DNA of 64,000 nucleotides from Opitutaceae bacterium (GTDB taxonomy: Bacteria > Verrucomicrobiota > Verrucomicrobiia > Opitutales > Coraliomargaritaceae): positions 55,675 to 119,674 of the forward strand of contig JBPOFY010000011.1 in assembly GCA_051252375.1 (NCBI GenBank), read 5' to 3'. Below are positions 25,268 through 37,045 of the stretch, piece after piece. The translations under genes and the position numbers were made by a program. The notes under the pieces are model-generated. The model was given only the letters and a program-made list of their open reading frames with translations, was not told the DNA's origin and made no database searches. Numbering within the stretch: the stretch's first letter is position 1; each line of letters opens with the position of its first letter.

Positions 25268-26146
25268 TCAACCAACAACCAGCCCCACGCTGACCAATAC
25301 CCCGTAGCCCGCGACCACTTGCGCCGAACCTTTTAAGGCAGCTAGAAAATCTTCCGGAGTCTTCGCCGCAGGTAGGCGTCGTGCCAGCAATAAACTGTAG
25401 CCCACAGGCAGCCAGCCCAAGAGCAACCACGACCCAAAACTACTCGCGCTGAGCCATAGCAGAACTGCCCCGGCTAACAGGCTAGAAACCACATACTGGC
25501 ACAATGCATATTTTCGCCCAAGCAACACCACCAAGGTGCGCTTACGTGCCTGCGTGTCTTCCGCCACGTCACGATAATTGTTCACCACCAAGATATTGTT
25601 GACCAACAAGCCGCAGCTCAGACCCAGCATCAACGCATCCAAAGTCATCGTATGCGTTTGCACATAGAAAGTGCAGCCCACCGCGATCAGGCCAAAAAAC
25701 AGCACCACAAAGACATCCCCTAGCCCATTGTAGGCCAATGGATACGGACCACCGGTGTAGAGCCAAGCACAGGCCACGCTAGCCACACCAACCGCGAGCA
25801 ACCACCAACCGCCCAACGGAATCAACGCCAGACCGACACAAAACCCGATTGCCAACACTGCAATCGTTGCCCGCTTCATCACCACCGGCGTAACCAAACC
25901 AGCCGCCACCGCACGCTGCGGTCCGATCCGCGCAGCGGTATCTGTTCCGCGAATACCATCTAAGTAGTCATTCGCAAAATTTGTCCCGATCTGGATCAAC
26001 AATGAAAAGACCAAACAGATTACCGCCGCCAACCAGTTGAATCCGCCTACTGAAAAAGCCAACGCCGAGCCCAAAAACACCGGCGCCACCGCAGCCGGTA
26101 AGGTCTTCGGACGCGTCGCTTCCAGCCATATTTTGAAAGAGGACAT
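25268..26146 (-). CDS. menA: 1,4-dihydroxy-2-naphthoate polyprenyltransferase
   Basis: RPKTL, NFANDYLD, YTGGPYPLAYNGLGD, NNYRD, KRTL. Confidence 0.94.
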   Translation of the reverse strand: MSSFKIWLEATRPKTLPAAVAPVFLGSALAFSVGGFNWLAAVICLVFSLLIQIGTNFANDYLDGIRGTDTAARIGPQRAVAAGLVTPVVMKRATIAVLAIGFCVGLALIPLGGWWLLAVGVASVACAWLYTGGPYPLAYNGLGDVFVVLFFGLIAVGCTFYVQTHTMTLDALMLGLSCGLLVNNILVVNNYRDVAEDTQARKRTLVVLLGRKYALCQYVVSSLLAGAVLLWLSASSFGSWLLLGWLPVGYSLLLARRLPAAKTPEDFLAALKGSAQVVAGYGVLVSVGLVVG

Positions 26147-26380
26147 CCGCACAGTCTGCATCCAACGTCACCGATCCGCCAAGCTCTTTTCTTGTTCTTC
26201 ACAGCGACCGCTGATTCACGCCAGAGAAGCGCTTTCGAATATAAACCTTCCTTATTAAGCCAGTCAGTGTATGCTGCGCGAACAAGTTTATCTTAGTGGG
26301 GACCTCTCGCTGACTCTCGACCAACTCTGGTCGGTCCAATTCGGTCGCCTCTTCTGAGCCTAGCTCGATGAGGAGATCCT

Positions 26381-27583
26381 ATGGACAAGAACCACCCACT
26401 ATCCACGGTGGAGGCGCAAGCGATTGCGACTCCCACCAACGCACCAACATGCAACACTGCGGAAACGTCGCAGTCGCCAACTAGCGAAACTTCTGTCCGA
26501 CCAACGACAGCAATCGTCTATTGCGAAGCAAATTTTGGAGGAATCGACGGCAAAACTGCAAACGGTCTCGTCCGACATTCGGAGAAATACAAAATCCTCT
26601 CTATCATCGATAGCGAGAAAGCCGGGCAAGATGCCGGCACCGTTCTCGATGGCAAAGCAAACGGCATACCCGTCGTGCGAGATCTGGAAGATGCCCTCAA
26701 GCATGCGGAACAGTTGCCCGACTACTTCATCTTCGGCATCGCGCCAGCTACTGGCATGCTCTCGCCGATTGAACGCGCACTCTTACTAAAAGCCATCCGT
26801 CACGGCATGAATATCGTGAACGGATTGCACGAATTTCTAAATGAAGACCCAGAATTCATCGCAGCCGCGGCAAAAGCAAACGTGGTCATCCGCGATGTTC
26901 GCTGTCCACGTCCGAAAAAAGACCTGCGTGTTTTCAGTGGCCGTATCGCCGAAGTCACTTGCCCGCGTATTGCTGTCTTAGGCACCGACTGCGCGATCGG
27001 CAAACGCACCACCGCCACGGTTCTAACACGGGCTCTCAACAAGCTAGGCATCAAGGCCGTGATGATCGGCACCGGTCAGACTGGCTTGATTCAAGGTGCC
27101 AAATACGGATTGGCGCTCGATGCGGTGCCTTCGCAGTATTGCGCAGGCGAACTAGAGGCCACCATCGTCGAAGCATTTGAAGGTGAAGACCCGGACATCA
27201 TCTTTATCGAAGGTCAGGGCTCGTTGAGCCATCCCGCCTACTCGACCTCCAGCTTCATCCTACGAGGCAGTTGCCCGGATGGCGTGATACTACAACACGC
27301 CCCGAAGCGCCAACACCGCTGCGACTTCGAACAGATGGAAATGCCCACTCCTTCCTCAGAAATCAATCTCATCGAAACTTTTGCAGAGACGAAGGTCATC
27401 GGTTTAACGCTCAACCATGAGGATATGTCAGACGCAGAAATCTCATCTGCCATCACACTTTACGAACTCGAACTAGGCATCCCTGCCACCGACGCCCTTA
27501 GCCGACCGACTCAGCGCCTAATTGAAATGGTTCTCTCGGTATTCCCACAAATCGGAGGCAGAGTATCAGCCGGCGCAGCCTAG
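26381..27583 (+). CDS. DUF1611 family protein (DgcN-like)
   Basis: GKTANGLVRHS, NGLHEFL, GTDCAIGKRTT, TGQTG, IEGQGSLSHP; SD GAGGAG upstream. Confidence 0.88.
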   Translation: MDKNHPLSTVEAQAIATPTNAPTCNTAETSQSPTSETSVRPTTAIVYCEANFGGIDGKTANGLVRHSEKYKILSIIDSEKAGQDAGTVLDGKANGIPVVRDLEDALKHAEQLPDYFIFGIAPATGMLSPIERALLLKAIRHGMNIVNGLHEFLNEDPEFIAAAAKANVVIRDVRCPRPKKDLRVFSGRIAEVTCPRIAVLGTDCAIGKRTTATVLTRALNKLGIKAVMIGTGQTGLIQGAKYGLALDAVPSQYCAGELEATIVEAFEGEDPDIIFIEGQGSLSHPAYSTSSFILRGSCPDGVILQHAPKRQHRCDFEQMEMPTPSSEINLIETFAETKVIGLTLNHEDMSDAEISSAITLYELELGIPATDALSRPTQRLIEMVLSVFPQIGGRVSAGAA

Positions 27584-28707
27584 TCGCGCCGCGACTGGAG
27601 ATCGATCTCGACAAGATTTATCACAACGCCTGGACGCTTGTCTCGCGACTCGGGGCACGCGGCATATCGGTCACGGCCGTCACCAAGGCAGCCCTCGGCT
27701 CAAAACAGATTGTTCAAGCATGGCTACAAGCCGGCGTGGTCGGTCTCGGCGACTCGCGTATTGAGAATATCGATACAATGCGTCGTGCAAATATCGTCGC
27801 GTCGATGTTACTCGTTCGCTCGCCGATGCTGAGTCAGGTCGATCAAGTCATCGAGCTCGCCAACCTCAGTTGCAACACCGAGCTCGAAGTCATCCGCGGG
27901 CTATCCGCCGCCGCACACAAAGCGAATCGCACACATGGCATCCTGCTCATGGTTGAGCTCGGCGACCTGCGTGAAGGAATCATGCCCGCAAACCTTGAAA
28001 GTATTGTGCTATCAGTGCTCCAGTTGCCCAACCTTGAATTCGAAGGGATCGGTGCCAACCTCGCTTGCCGAAGCGGGGTCTCCCCCGACAGCCGTAATAT
28101 GGCCGAACTCTCCGCCCTCGCCAATCAGATCGATGCCACATTCGGACCCATCGTCCACACCGTCTCCGGAGGCAACTCGGCGAATATCGATTGGGCTCTC
28201 AGTGGAGCCGACACGGGTCGGATCAATCATCTTCGCCTCGGCGAGGCTTTGCTCCTCGGGCGCGAGCCACTGCACAGAAAAGTGATAGAAGGTCTGCACA
28301 CCGACGCGTTCACGCTCTTCGCCGAAGTCATCGAATCGAAACGCAAGCCCACCCAAGCCTGGGGCGAGATAGCACAGTCAGCATTTGGCGAAGCGATTCC
28401 GAGCGACGACCAAGGCAGCATCACGCAGACCATCTTAGCAGTCGGCCGCCAAGACATCGACCCCGATGGTCTCACTCCACCACAAGGCATCTCTATTCTA
28501 GCAGCCAGCAGTGACCACCTCATCGTCGACTCAAGCAACTATCCTAATGAGCTCACAATCGGCAGCGAAATTCCTTTTCAGGTCAATTACAGTGCCCTGC
28601 TACGTGCCATGACATCCCCTTACATCGCCAAGGTAATGACTACCCCTGAGGCGAATGACACTACTTCACAGGATCTAAACGTTCCAACGAACCTAAGTAA
28701 TAGCTGA
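27565..28707 (+). CDS. Alanine/ornithine racemase family PLP enzyme (start codon uncertain)
   Basis: In-frame PRLEIDLDKIYHNA...VTAVTK upstream of the listed ORF (27736), then GDSR, GDLREG, SGGNS, LRLGE, ASSDH. Confidence 0.8.
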   Translation: MSRRSLVAPRLEIDLDKIYHNAWTLVSRLGARGISVTAVTKAALGSKQIVQAWLQAGVVGLGDSRIENIDTMRRANIVASMLLVRSPMLSQVDQVIELANLSCNTELEVIRGLSAAAHKANRTHGILLMVELGDLREGIMPANLESIVLSVLQLPNLEFEGIGANLACRSGVSPDSRNMAELSALANQIDATFGPIVHTVSGGNSANIDWALSGADTGRINHLRLGEALLLGREPLHRKVIEGLHTDAFTLFAEVIESKRKPTQAWGEIAQSAFGEAIPSDDQGSITQTILAVGRQDIDPDGLTPPQGISILAASSDHLIVDSSNYPNELTIGSEIPFQVNYSALLRAMTSPYIAKVMTTPEANDTTSQDLNVPTNLSNS

Positions 28708-28714
28708 CGACGAA

Positions 28715-28790
28715 GGTAGGGACGCCTGCCCTCAGGCGTCCGCCGTGCATAGCCCCAACGAATGGACGCCTGAGGGCAGACGTCCCTACC
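28715..28790. repeat. GTAG-type REPIN (family B)
   Basis: GGTAGGGACGCCTGCCCTCAGGCGTCC-spacer-GGACGCCTGAGGGCAGACGTCCCTACC. Confidence 0.88.
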
Positions 28791-28804
28791 AATTACTCTC
28801 ATAT

Positions 28805-29878
28805 TCACCCCGGAGGCAGCGCTTCACTCAGGAAGCGCACAAAGTTCCCATACATGACATTCTTTACGTCTTCGTCGCTGTAACCACGTGATCGGAGCAT
28901 CGCAGGTAGGCGCTGCATGTCGGCGATCGAATTCAAATCCATCGGCGACTCCTCCAGTCCAAATCCTCCATCCAGATCCGAGCCGATGCCCGCGTGTAGC
29001 GAGTTGCCCGCGAGCTGACAGACGTGATCGATGTGATCGACGATATGTTCCAGCTTCACCCCGACATCTTCCGGCCGAGTCTCCCATAGCACCCAGTCCG
29101 GAACCATCATCCAAGCGTCGAGCGATGCACCAATCACAGCGCCGCGATCGATCAACTCCTTGAGCTGTTCGCAAGTGAACTGACGATTGTGCGGCACAAG
29201 CTTTCGGCAATTCGAATGACTTGCCCATACCCGCCCTTGAAAGGTATCCATCGCTTCACGGAATGACTGGTCGCAGAGATGAGAAGCATCGAGAATGATT
29301 CCCAACCGATCCATTTCTTTGAGTAACTCCCGCCCCTTAACGCCAATGCCACCGGAAGCATCCGTCCCCTGCGCATACGTCCCCGGTCCCAAATTCGCTG
29401 GACCGATCGCTCGCACACCCTGCTCGTATGCTCGCTCCACGTGCCCAATCGTCACCATCGAGTCCGCACCCTCCAAGCTGAGCACAAAGCCAATCGACTC
29501 AACCGCCGACGGGTCTTGCGCGCGAACTTGCACCGCAGCACCCAGCTCTGCGGCCGTTTTAATCTGCAACAACTCGCCCGCTTCCTCCATGACGCGATAC
29601 CACGCCAGCTGCCCCTGAGTCTGCGCCCAGGCTTGTTCGGGAGAATGCCAACCACGCAGGGGGTTACCAGGCTTGACGTAACGACCCAGTAAGGTCGCAA
29701 CGCAAAGACCCACGCCGCCCTTGCGCATCTCCGGCAAGCAAACCGTCCCATTACCACGACCATCACGATCCGACTCCCCCTGCTCGCGAGCGCGGATCTC
29801 ATCCAATGGTAGCGTGTAATCACGATTCCACTCCATCGCGTTCATACCCAAGTCAAGGTGTGCGTCAAAAATCAACAT
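28805..29878 (-). CDS. Membrane/renal dipeptidase family (peptidase M19)
   Basis: FDAHLD, SLEGAD, LDASHL, ASHSN, GIGSDLDGG, YGNFVRF. Confidence 0.9.
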   Translation of the reverse strand: MLIFDAHLDLGMNAMEWNRDYTLPLDEIRAREQGESDRDGRGNGTVCLPEMRKGGVGLCVATLLGRYVKPGNPLRGWHSPEQAWAQTQGQLAWYRVMEEAGELLQIKTAAELGAAVQVRAQDPSAVESIGFVLSLEGADSMVTIGHVERAYEQGVRAIGPANLGPGTYAQGTDASGGIGVKGRELLKEMDRLGIILDASHLCDQSFREAMDTFQGRVWASHSNCRKLVPHNRQFTCEQLKELIDRGAVIGASLDAWMMVPDWVLWETRPEDVGVKLEHIVDHIDHVCQLAGNSLHAGIGSDLDGGFGLEESPMDLNSIADMQRLPAMLRSRGYSDEDVKNVMYGNFVRFLSEALPPG

Positions 29879-29991
29879 ACCCCAGAAGCTGGGAGCACCC
29901 AAACAAGATAGCGAGACACCATCTCAGATTCAGAGGAATAGCTCCGGTAGCCATCCACTCACGCCTAACAACATCGACGAACGACGCTAAC

Positions 29992-30933
29992 TTATTGCGC
30001 TAAAGCCCGAGCGGTTTCGCAATCCTTTGTGATCTGCTCTTTCAAGGCATCGACGGAGTCGAACTTTTGCTCGGGGCGGATGAAGCGGAGCCACTCGACT
30101 TCGAGCGAGTCACCTGCGCTTAAGTCACAATCTTCCAATGCGTGCACTTCAAGGTTGGGCGATTGATCGCCCTCTGAAACGGTGGGTTTGACACCGTAAT
30201 TGGCGACACCGGATTGCCATGTGCTTTTTCCGGCTTCACGGTAGCGGACGTAATACACCCCGAAACGTGGAAGACACTCGGGGCTCCATGGCAGATTCAA
30301 AGTCGGAAAACCGATCTGACGTCCGAGCTTGGCACCACCAACAATTTCGCCGGCAGTTGTATAGTTATAACCTAAAAGATCGTTGGCCGCTTCGATCGCG
30401 CCGTCTTCCAGTTCTTTGCGGATACGTGTGCTGCTGATGGGCTCTCCATTGTGCTGGATGCGCTCCACACTGAACACGTTTAGCCCGAGAACTTTGCCTG
30501 ACTGAATCAAGGTGGACACGTCCCCTGCCCGCTTCTTGCCGAAGCGAAAGTTTTGACCGATGTAGATGGCTTTCAACGCTGGTAAGGCGGCTTTCAACTC
30601 AGCAAGAAAATCCTCTGCCGGGATCGATGCGAACGCAGCGTCAAAGTGCTTACGAATCACCACATCAACACCCACGGCATGCAGCATTTCGATTTTGGTA
30701 TCGATGCCCATCATCAGTAGCGTCGGCGCATCCGGTCGAAACAAACGGCTAGGATGCGGATCAAAAGTTAACACACCGCTGATACCACCGGAACGTCGCG
30801 CGGAGAAAACAGCGGATTCAATCACCGCCTTGTGCCCTAAGTGCACACCATCGAATACCCCAATCGCCAAGTGCAACTCGCCGCGCAAAGCTGCAAGTTC
30901 TTCAAAAGAATCAACACTGGTGGGGAAGTTCAT
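29992..30933 (-). CDS. ribF: Riboflavin kinase/FAD synthetase
   Basis: [40 protein letters not shown]. Confidence 0.95.
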   Translation of the reverse strand: MNFPTSVDSFEELAALRGELHLAIGVFDGVHLGHKAVIESAVFSARRSGGISGVLTFDPHPSRLFRPDAPTLLMMGIDTKIEMLHAVGVDVVIRKHFDAAFASIPAEDFLAELKAALPALKAIYIGQNFRFGKKRAGDVSTLIQSGKVLGLNVFSVERIQHNGEPISSTRIRKELEDGAIEAANDLLGYNYTTAGEIVGGAKLGRQIGFPTLNLPWSPECLPRFGVYYVRYREAGKSTWQSGVANYGVKPTVSEGDQSPNLEVHALEDCDLSAGDSLEVEWLRFIRPEQKFDSVDALKEQITKDCETARALAQ

Positions 30934-30936
30934 CGA

Positions 30937-31665
30937 CTACAGTGCGTGGCTTGGAACAGCTTGATTGATGGGGATCAATTGACGGCGCAATACAGAGGGC
31001 GACATCTTTTCGATTTCGTCGAGTGTATTTGCATTTTCGATACTGAACTTGCCAACCACTGTGCGGCGCAATGCGCAAAGGTGTCCGCCGCAGCCAATCT
31101 TGTTGGCGAGATCATGCGCTAAGGTGCGGATGTAAGTGCCTTTGCTGCTGCCAACTACAAAAGAGATCTCGGGCAGGGCAAAGTTCGTCATTTCAAAACG
31201 GCTGACGTGAATCACACGCGCTTCACGCTCGATGGTCTTGCCTTGGCGTGCCAATTTGTAGAGCGCTTGCCCGTTTACCTTCTTAGCGGAATACATAGGC
31301 GGCGTTTGATACTGATCGCCCATAAATGTTTCCATGAGTGCGAGCACTTCGGCTTCGGTGATCTCCGGCACTGGCTTCTCAGCGACGACTGCACCTTCGG
31401 CGTCTTGGGAGTCAGTCTCTTGACCGAGGCGCACCGTGCCGGTGTATTCTTTAGCATGGCTCATCAGATACTGAGATACCTTGGTCGCTTTCCCCACCAT
31501 GATTAAGAGGAGACCCGTCGCCATCGGGTCGAGCGTCCCGGCATGGCCAATTTTTTTAATGCGAAACACTTTGCGCATGCGTGCCACCACGTCGTGCGAG
31601 GTAATGCCTTGCGGTTTATCGACGAGGAGAATCCCCTCGGGAGCGTCAGATATTGGTTGAGTCAT
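30937..31665 (-). CDS. truB: tRNA pseudouridine(55) synthase
   Basis: [33 protein letters not shown]. Confidence 0.96.
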   Translation of the reverse strand: MTQPISDAPEGILLVDKPQGITSHDVVARMRKVFRIKKIGHAGTLDPMATGLLLIMVGKATKVSQYLMSHAKEYTGTVRLGQETDSQDAEGAVVAEKPVPEITEAEVLALMETFMGDQYQTPPMYSAKKVNGQALYKLARQGKTIEREARVIHVSRFEMTNFALPEISFVVGSSKGTYIRTLAHDLANKIGCGGHLCALRRTVVGKFSIENANTLDEIEKMSPSVLRRQLIPINQAVPSHAL

Positions 31666-31680
31666 AGCGTTTGCTTGAAA

Positions 31681-31743
31681 GTGAAACAGACATTCCTGTC
31701 TGTCGTCTAAAGTGGAAAGAACAGACAGGAATGTCTGTTTTAC
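31681..31743. repeat. REP-like inverted pair inside the operon
   Basis: GTGAAACAGACATTCCTGTCTGT...ACAGACAGGAATGTCTGTTTTAC. Confidence 0.8.
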
Positions 31744-31747
31744 AAAT

Positions 31748-32758
31748 TTAAGCCTCTGGCTGGCCGAGGGCTTCTAGGTGCTTGCCGAGGGCTTCCATTA
31801 GTTGCGGGTAGAACTCTTTGATGGAGCTGTTCTCCACATTCAAGCCAGCTGCACAAGCGTGACCGCCGCCGCCGAATTCCTTCGCGAGTTGATCGACTCG
31901 GTAGAAAGGATTTTTAGCACGGAGGCTACCTTTAAGCGCTCCGTCGCGGTCTTCGATCAAGACGCCGACATCGACGCCATCGATTGATCGGGCATAATCA
32001 ACGAGACCTTCGGAATCATCGATCGTTGCACCGGTGGCATCGTAAACGCCGTTCTCGATCAGACCGACACAGACGCGGTTATCGAATTCCATCGTGAGTG
32101 AGTTCAGGAAACTCTGCAGCAATTGGATTTTCGAAAAGCTCTCGCGCTCGTAGAGTTCATGGGCAGCTGCGGCGGGACGTGCGCCATGCTCGCAGAGACG
32201 ACGCGCGATCTCGAAAGTTTCCGGCGTGGTCGAAGGGAAGCGGAATTGCCCGGTATCGGTGGCAATGCCGACGTAAAGTGCTTGCGCGGTGACGGCGTCG
32301 ATCTCGTAACCAAGATCGAGGTAGAAGCCGGCCAGGATTTCAGCCGTGGCGGACGCAGTGGCGATGACGATATTTTGATCCGCATATTCACGGTTCGAAA
32401 TATGGTGATCCACATTCAAGGCGACTTCAGGAAACAATTCATTGAGGCGATCACCGACGCGCTTGAAATCTGCGCAGTCAACTGTGACGGCGACATGCCC
32501 ATCGGGCTCAAAATCTTTGGCCACAAATAAAGGCGTATCTCCAACAAAGGCTTTCAAGGTGCCGGGCACTTCGTCGCGGTTCACACCAACGGCTTCGATG
32601 CCTTGGCTCTGGAGCACGCGCACAACGGCTACGATGGAACCGATGCAATCGCCGTCGGGGCGCTGATGCCCGAGAACGGCGACTTTATGCCCCTTGAGGC
32701 TTTCGATCGCTTGCGCGAAAATGGGACTTTCTACGGGGAAGAATTGTTGCTCAGCCAT
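31748..32758 (-). CDS. nrnA: DHH phosphoesterase (nanoRNase/pAp phosphatase)
   Basis: [28 protein letters not shown]; between rbfA and truB. Confidence 0.88.
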   Translation of the reverse strand: MAEQQFFPVESPIFAQAIESLKGHKVAVLGHQRPDGDCIGSIVAVVRVLQSQGIEAVGVNRDEVPGTLKAFVGDTPLFVAKDFEPDGHVAVTVDCADFKRVGDRLNELFPEVALNVDHHISNREYADQNIVIATASATAEILAGFYLDLGYEIDAVTAQALYVGIATDTGQFRFPSTTPETFEIARRLCEHGARPAAAAHELYERESFSKIQLLQSFLNSLTMEFDNRVCVGLIENGVYDATGATIDDSEGLVDYARSIDGVDVGVLIEDRDGALKGSLRAKNPFYRVDQLAKEFGGGGHACAAGLNVENSSIKEFYPQLMEALGKHLEALGQPEA

Positions 32759-33101
32759 TGTCTGTATCTGTATCGAGTTCGTCTAGAATATCGAGGATGC
32801 CAGCGCCGCGTTCGAGCGAGGGATCGTAAAGGTATTGGATCTTAGGAAAGAATTTGAGCACCACTTGCTTGCTCACGCGCTGGCTCAGTTCCTTACCAAT
32901 ACGGCGAAAGAAGACTTTAGCCTCGGCGATTGCTGCGTCATCACCCAACACCGAATAAAACACCTTCGCATTTCGAAGGTCCACCGAAGTCGAGACATCA
33001 CTAATAGTGATGGGTGCCGCATCGCTGCGGTAGTAGCGCCGCATTTGCTCGCTGATTTCGCGTTGAAGCAACTCGTTAACTCTGGAAATTCGTTTGGACA
33101 T
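32751..33101 (-). CDS. rbfA: Ribosome-binding factor A
   Basis: [34 protein letters not shown]. Confidence 0.93.
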   Translation of the reverse strand: MSKRISRVNELLQREISEQMRRYYRSDAAPITISDVSTSVDLRNAKVFYSVLGDDAAIAEAKVFFRRIGKELSQRVSKQVVLKFFPKIQYLYDPSLERGAGILDILDELDTDTDNG

Positions 33102-33190
33102 ATATGAAAGGGATGGGACCTAGCTGCCGGCTGGCATCAAACGCCAAGCGCAAGCACTCCACGTTGAATGATGAAAATATATCTAAGCGA

Positions 33191-35704
33191 TTAGCGAAGT
33201 GACGGACGGAGCTCTTCGACCTCGAAGCACTCGATTGTATCGCCTTCTTCATAATCTTCGAATCCGGAAACGTGGATACCACACTCGTAGCCTGCACGCA
33301 CTTCCTTAACGTCGTCCTTAAAGCGCTTGAGTGTATCGATCTTGCTCTCGTGCACGAGCTCGCCACCACGGAGGAGACGGGCGATGCAGTTGCGCTTGAT
33401 CGAACCTTCGGTGACCATACAACCCGCAACATTGCGGCTCTTGCCCACGGAGAACACTTGACGAATCTCGGCACCGCCAAGTTTCTTCTCGCTGAATTCC
33501 GGCTCAAGTAGATCGGCCATCGACTCTTCGACCTGGTCGATGAGTTCGTAAATAATTTCGTGTTGGATAATCCGAACATCGTGATGCTTCGCAAGGCTCT
33601 GCACGCCGTTATCGAGACGAACATTGAAACCAACTACGAGTGCACCACCTGCACTAGCAAGCGTGATGTCGTTCTTAGTGATGTGACCAACGCCTTTGCT
33701 GATGACATCAAGATCGACCTTGTCGCTTTCGATGCTTTGTAGCGCATTGACCAATGCTTCGGTCGAACCATGCACATCGGATTTCACAATCACGCGCAGG
33801 CTTTTCTTCTGCTGGTTTTCAATCGCGGCGAAAAGATCTTCAATCGTTGCTGCACCGGACTCTTTAGTAGCGGCATCGCGAGAGGCGGCTACTTCGAGCT
33901 TACGAGTTTGCATCTGATCTTCAGCTGCGCGCTTAGCGATTTTTTCGTTTTTCTCAGTAGAGAAACGCTTACCAGAATCAGGCACGTCTGACCAACCGGT
34001 AACCTTCACAGGTGTGGCTGGGGGTGCTGACTTGAGGATGTTGCCATCCGCATCGGTCATTGTCTTCACCTTACAGTAAACTTCACCGCAGAGTAGAGAA
34101 TCGCCCTTCTTCAGGGTGCCGCGCTCGACGATCACAGTGGCAGTTGCGCCGCGACCTTGTTCGATTTGTGATTCGATCACGATGCCCGAAGATGGGCAGT
34201 CGGGATTGGCCTGCAACTCAAGCACTTCGGCTTGGAGCAAGATCATATCGAGCAGATTGGAAATGTTTGTGCCGTTGATCGCTGAGACTTCAACTGCGAT
34301 GGTTTCGCCGCCCCAGTCTTCGGGCGCAATGCCCTTCTCTTGCATCTGCTGCTTCACGCGGTCCACGTTGGCGCCCTTCGCATCAATCTTGTTGATCGCG
34401 ACGATGATGGAGTTGTTGGCCTCCTTAGCAAATTTGAGTGCTTCTTCGGTTTGCGGTTTGAAAGCGTCGTCCGCTGCAATCACGAGGATCGAGATGTCGG
34501 TGACGTTGGCACCACGTTCACGCATAAGCGAGAAAGCGGCGTGACCCGGTGTATCGATGAAGGAAATCTTGTGGTCGTTGTGCTCGATTTGATACGCGCC
34601 AATGTGCTGCGTGATACCACCGGCTTCGCCGGAAACAACGTTGGCTTTGCGAATCGAGTCGAGCAAAGTGGTTTTACCGTGGTCGACGTGACCGAGGATA
34701 CAAACAACCGGAGGACGAGGCTTGAGGAAACGAGGATCGTCGTCAGATGGCTTAGCTGCCTTCTTTTTCTCGTTCTTGTCTGCCTGTGTTTCACCACGGT
34801 GATGAATCTCTAACTCAAATCCATGACGCTTTGCGATCTGCAGAGCGACACTCTCTTCGATCGTCTGATTCATGGAGGCAAAGATGCCCAATTCCATGAG
34901 TTCGGAAATCAGCTTGAAAGGCTTGAGACCAATTTCGCCGGCAAAGTCACGAACCACAATCGGTGGTTTAACATGAATGATCTTTGCAGCGGCTGCGGCT
35001 GCTTCAGTAGCTTCAGTGGCTTCGCCTTCGACTGCTTCTTCAGCGTTCTCGTCAACGACGGGCGCATCAGCCACAGGAGGTTTAGCGGAAGGTGGTTTTG
35101 GCGGACCAGCTGGAGTCGGTGCCGGCATAGGCGGACCAGCTGGTGACGGAGCTGGCGGCTTCGATGCGGCTGGGGCAGATGCTGCTGCAACGGGCGGCGC
35201 TTTAACGACTGGTGGCACGCTGGCTGCAGGAGGTCCTTTTGGAGCAGCAGGTGGCACTTTAGCCACAGGCGGCGTTTTTGGCGCGGCTGGTGGAATTTTC
35301 GGTGCTGCAGGTGGCCCCTTTGGTGCTGCTGGCGGCGCTTTGGGCGCTGGAGCATCTGGTGCAACAGGCTCAACCGGCTTCGGTTTAGCTGCTTCCGCTG
35401 CTTCTTCCTTTGCCTTTTCACGCTCTTCACGCTCACGTTTTATGTCGGCCGCACTCTTCACAAAAGCGCCCGCCGGTAAAGACGGCGCTTTGGGTGCTTC
35501 AGGTTCGTCGACGACTTCGGGTTCGGCAGCTGATTCCTCAGCTCCCCCCTTTGAGGCAAACTCCTCTACGAGTGATTCGGCGGAGATATTGTCAATCGTG
35601 CTGGAAGCGCTCTTCACTTCGAAGCCACGACTTTTAAGAAGCTCAATGAGCTCCTTATTTTCCATTCCGATTTCTTTGGAAAGCTGGTGTATACGAACAC
35701 TCAT
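33191..35704 (-). CDS. infB: Translation initiation factor IF-2
   Basis: [27 protein letters not shown]; Pro/Ala-rich linker. Confidence 0.97.
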   Translation of the reverse strand: MSVRIHQLSKEIGMENKELIELLKSRGFEVKSASSTIDNISAESLVEEFASKGGAEESAAEPEVVDEPEAPKAPSLPAGAFVKSAADIKREREEREKAKEEAAEAAKPKPVEPVAPDAPAPKAPPAAPKGPPAAPKIPPAAPKTPPVAKVPPAAPKGPPAASVPPVVKAPPVAAASAPAASKPPAPSPAGPPMPAPTPAGPPKPPSAKPPVADAPVVDENAEEAVEGEATEATEAAAAAAKIIHVKPPIVVRDFAGEIGLKPFKLISELMELGIFASMNQTIEESVALQIAKRHGFELEIHHRGETQADKNEKKKAAKPSDDDPRFLKPRPPVVCILGHVDHGKTTLLDSIRKANVVSGEAGGITQHIGAYQIEHNDHKISFIDTPGHAAFSLMRERGANVTDISILVIAADDAFKPQTEEALKFAKEANNSIIVAINKIDAKGANVDRVKQQMQEKGIAPEDWGGETIAVEVSAINGTNISNLLDMILLQAEVLELQANPDCPSSGIVIESQIEQGRGATATVIVERGTLKKGDSLLCGEVYCKVKTMTDADGNILKSAPPATPVKVTGWSDVPDSGKRFSTEKNEKIAKRAAEDQMQTRKLEVAASRDAATKESGAATIEDLFAAIENQQKKSLRVIVKSDVHGSTEALVNALQSIESDKVDLDVISKGVGHITKNDITLASAGGALVVGFNVRLDNGVQSLAKHHDVRIIQHEIIYELIDQVEESMADLLEPEFSEKKLGGAEIRQVFSVGKSRNVAGCMVTEGSIKRNCIARLLRGGELVHESKIDTLKRFKDDVKEVRAGYECGIHVSGFEDYEEGDTIECFEVEELRPSLR

Positions 35705-35756
35705 GAATGAGTTTTACTTTGAATCTTATTGTGGGCGGAACTACAGGGCGGTCGAA

Positions 35757-37007
35757 CTAGACGTTCTGTTGCAAGTATGCTTCTACTTTTGAAAGGACGT
35801 CAGTTGCTTCTTCTTCTGTGAAGCCTGCGTCGAGAAGGTCTGAGGTGGAAACACCTTCGAAAGCCTCAGGGCTAACGAAACCGATTGCGACCAATCGGCT
35901 GGCAAGTTCGGGAGCAATTCCAGGAATGACATTCAGGCCTTGAACAGCCTTTGCCACTTTCTCGTCGAATCCGACGGCTTCCTTTTCTTCCTTACCGATG
36001 TCGAGTTTCCAACCGAGGAGACGTGAAGTAAGCTTAGCGTTAAAGCCACGGCGACCAATCGCGATGGATAGGTCGTCCTCAATTACTTCAAAATGGATAC
36101 GATGGTCACGCTCATTGATCTTAATATTGCGAGGCACTGCTGGCTTAAGCGCTTCCTCAAGCAATTGAATCGGATCTTGGTAGTAGCGGATGATGTCGAT
36201 TTTTTCACCACCGAGTTCGCGAACGATCGTTTTAACACGAGCACCACGAGCACCGACGCAAGCGCCAACTGGGTCAACTTTCGGGTCGTTGCTGTTCACT
36301 GCAATCTTCGTGCGGTAGCCGGCTTCACGAGCCATGGCTTCGATCGAAACTGTGCCGTCCGCGATCTCAGTCACTTCGAGTTCGAAGAGACGACGGACAA
36401 AATTGATATTCGAGCGGGAAAGAATGATATCTGGGCCACGATTGGTTTGCTCAATCTTGAGCAATAGGCAGCGGATGCTTTCACCGGGTGCATAATCTTC
36501 ACCGGGAACACGCTCGCGTGGCGGCAAAATGGCTTCGGCTTTACCGAGGTCGATGATCAAATCACCACGCTCACGGCGACGAACGATACCAGTGACGATG
36601 TCACCAACGGTGTCCTTATAGTCGTCATAGATGCGATCCTTCTCGAATTGGCGAATGCGCTGCATGATCGCTTGGCGCGCTGTTTGCGCCGCGATACGAC
36701 CAAGATATGCAGGATCGACTTCAAGCTCAAGGTCCTCGCCGATTTCGACATCAGGCTTAATTTTGCGGGCCTTTTCAATGTGAATCTCAAGTAGTTCATC
36801 TCCCACGGAGTCAACGACTTGCCTAATACTCCACGCTTTCAACGCACCCGTCTTAGGGTTGATCATGACACGGAGGTCTTGACCAGCGCTATCACCCTTT
36901 TGGGCAGCGCCAATGATTGCAGAAGAGATGGCTTCGATCATGTCTGGACGACTGATCCCCTTCTCCTTCTCCATGTATTCTAAAACTGAAAGTATTTCGT
37001 GACTCAT
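35757..37007 (-). CDS. nusA: Transcription termination factor NusA
   Basis: [35 protein letters not shown]. Confidence 0.97.
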   Translation of the reverse strand: MSHEILSVLEYMEKEKGISRPDMIEAISSAIIGAAQKGDSAGQDLRVMINPKTGALKAWSIRQVVDSVGDELLEIHIEKARKIKPDVEIGEDLELEVDPAYLGRIAAQTARQAIMQRIRQFEKDRIYDDYKDTVGDIVTGIVRRRERGDLIIDLGKAEAILPPRERVPGEDYAPGESIRCLLLKIEQTNRGPDIILSRSNINFVRRLFELEVTEIADGTVSIEAMAREAGYRTKIAVNSNDPKVDPVGACVGARGARVKTIVRELGGEKIDIIRYYQDPIQLLEEALKPAVPRNIKINERDHRIHFEVIEDDLSIAIGRRGFNAKLTSRLLGWKLDIGKEEKEAVGFDEKVAKAVQGLNVIPGIAPELASRLVAIGFVSPEAFEGVSTSDLLDAGFTEEEATDVLSKVEAYLQQNV

Positions 37008-37020
37008 TGCGGCAATAAAT

Positions 37021-37045
37021 AGAAAAAGCGGGGACGAGCCCGCTT
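37021..37045 (-). promoter_or_regulatory. Terminator-like hairpin in the nusA leader (rimP-leader-like attenuator)
   Basis: Minus strand AAGCGGG-CTCGTC-CCCGCTT-TTTCT ending 13 nt before the nusA ATG. Confidence 0.6.

Noticed and set aside
34977..35792. 271 aa Gly/Ala-rich plus-strand ORF
   Set aside because: Antisense shadow of the Pro/Ala-rich IF-2 linker.
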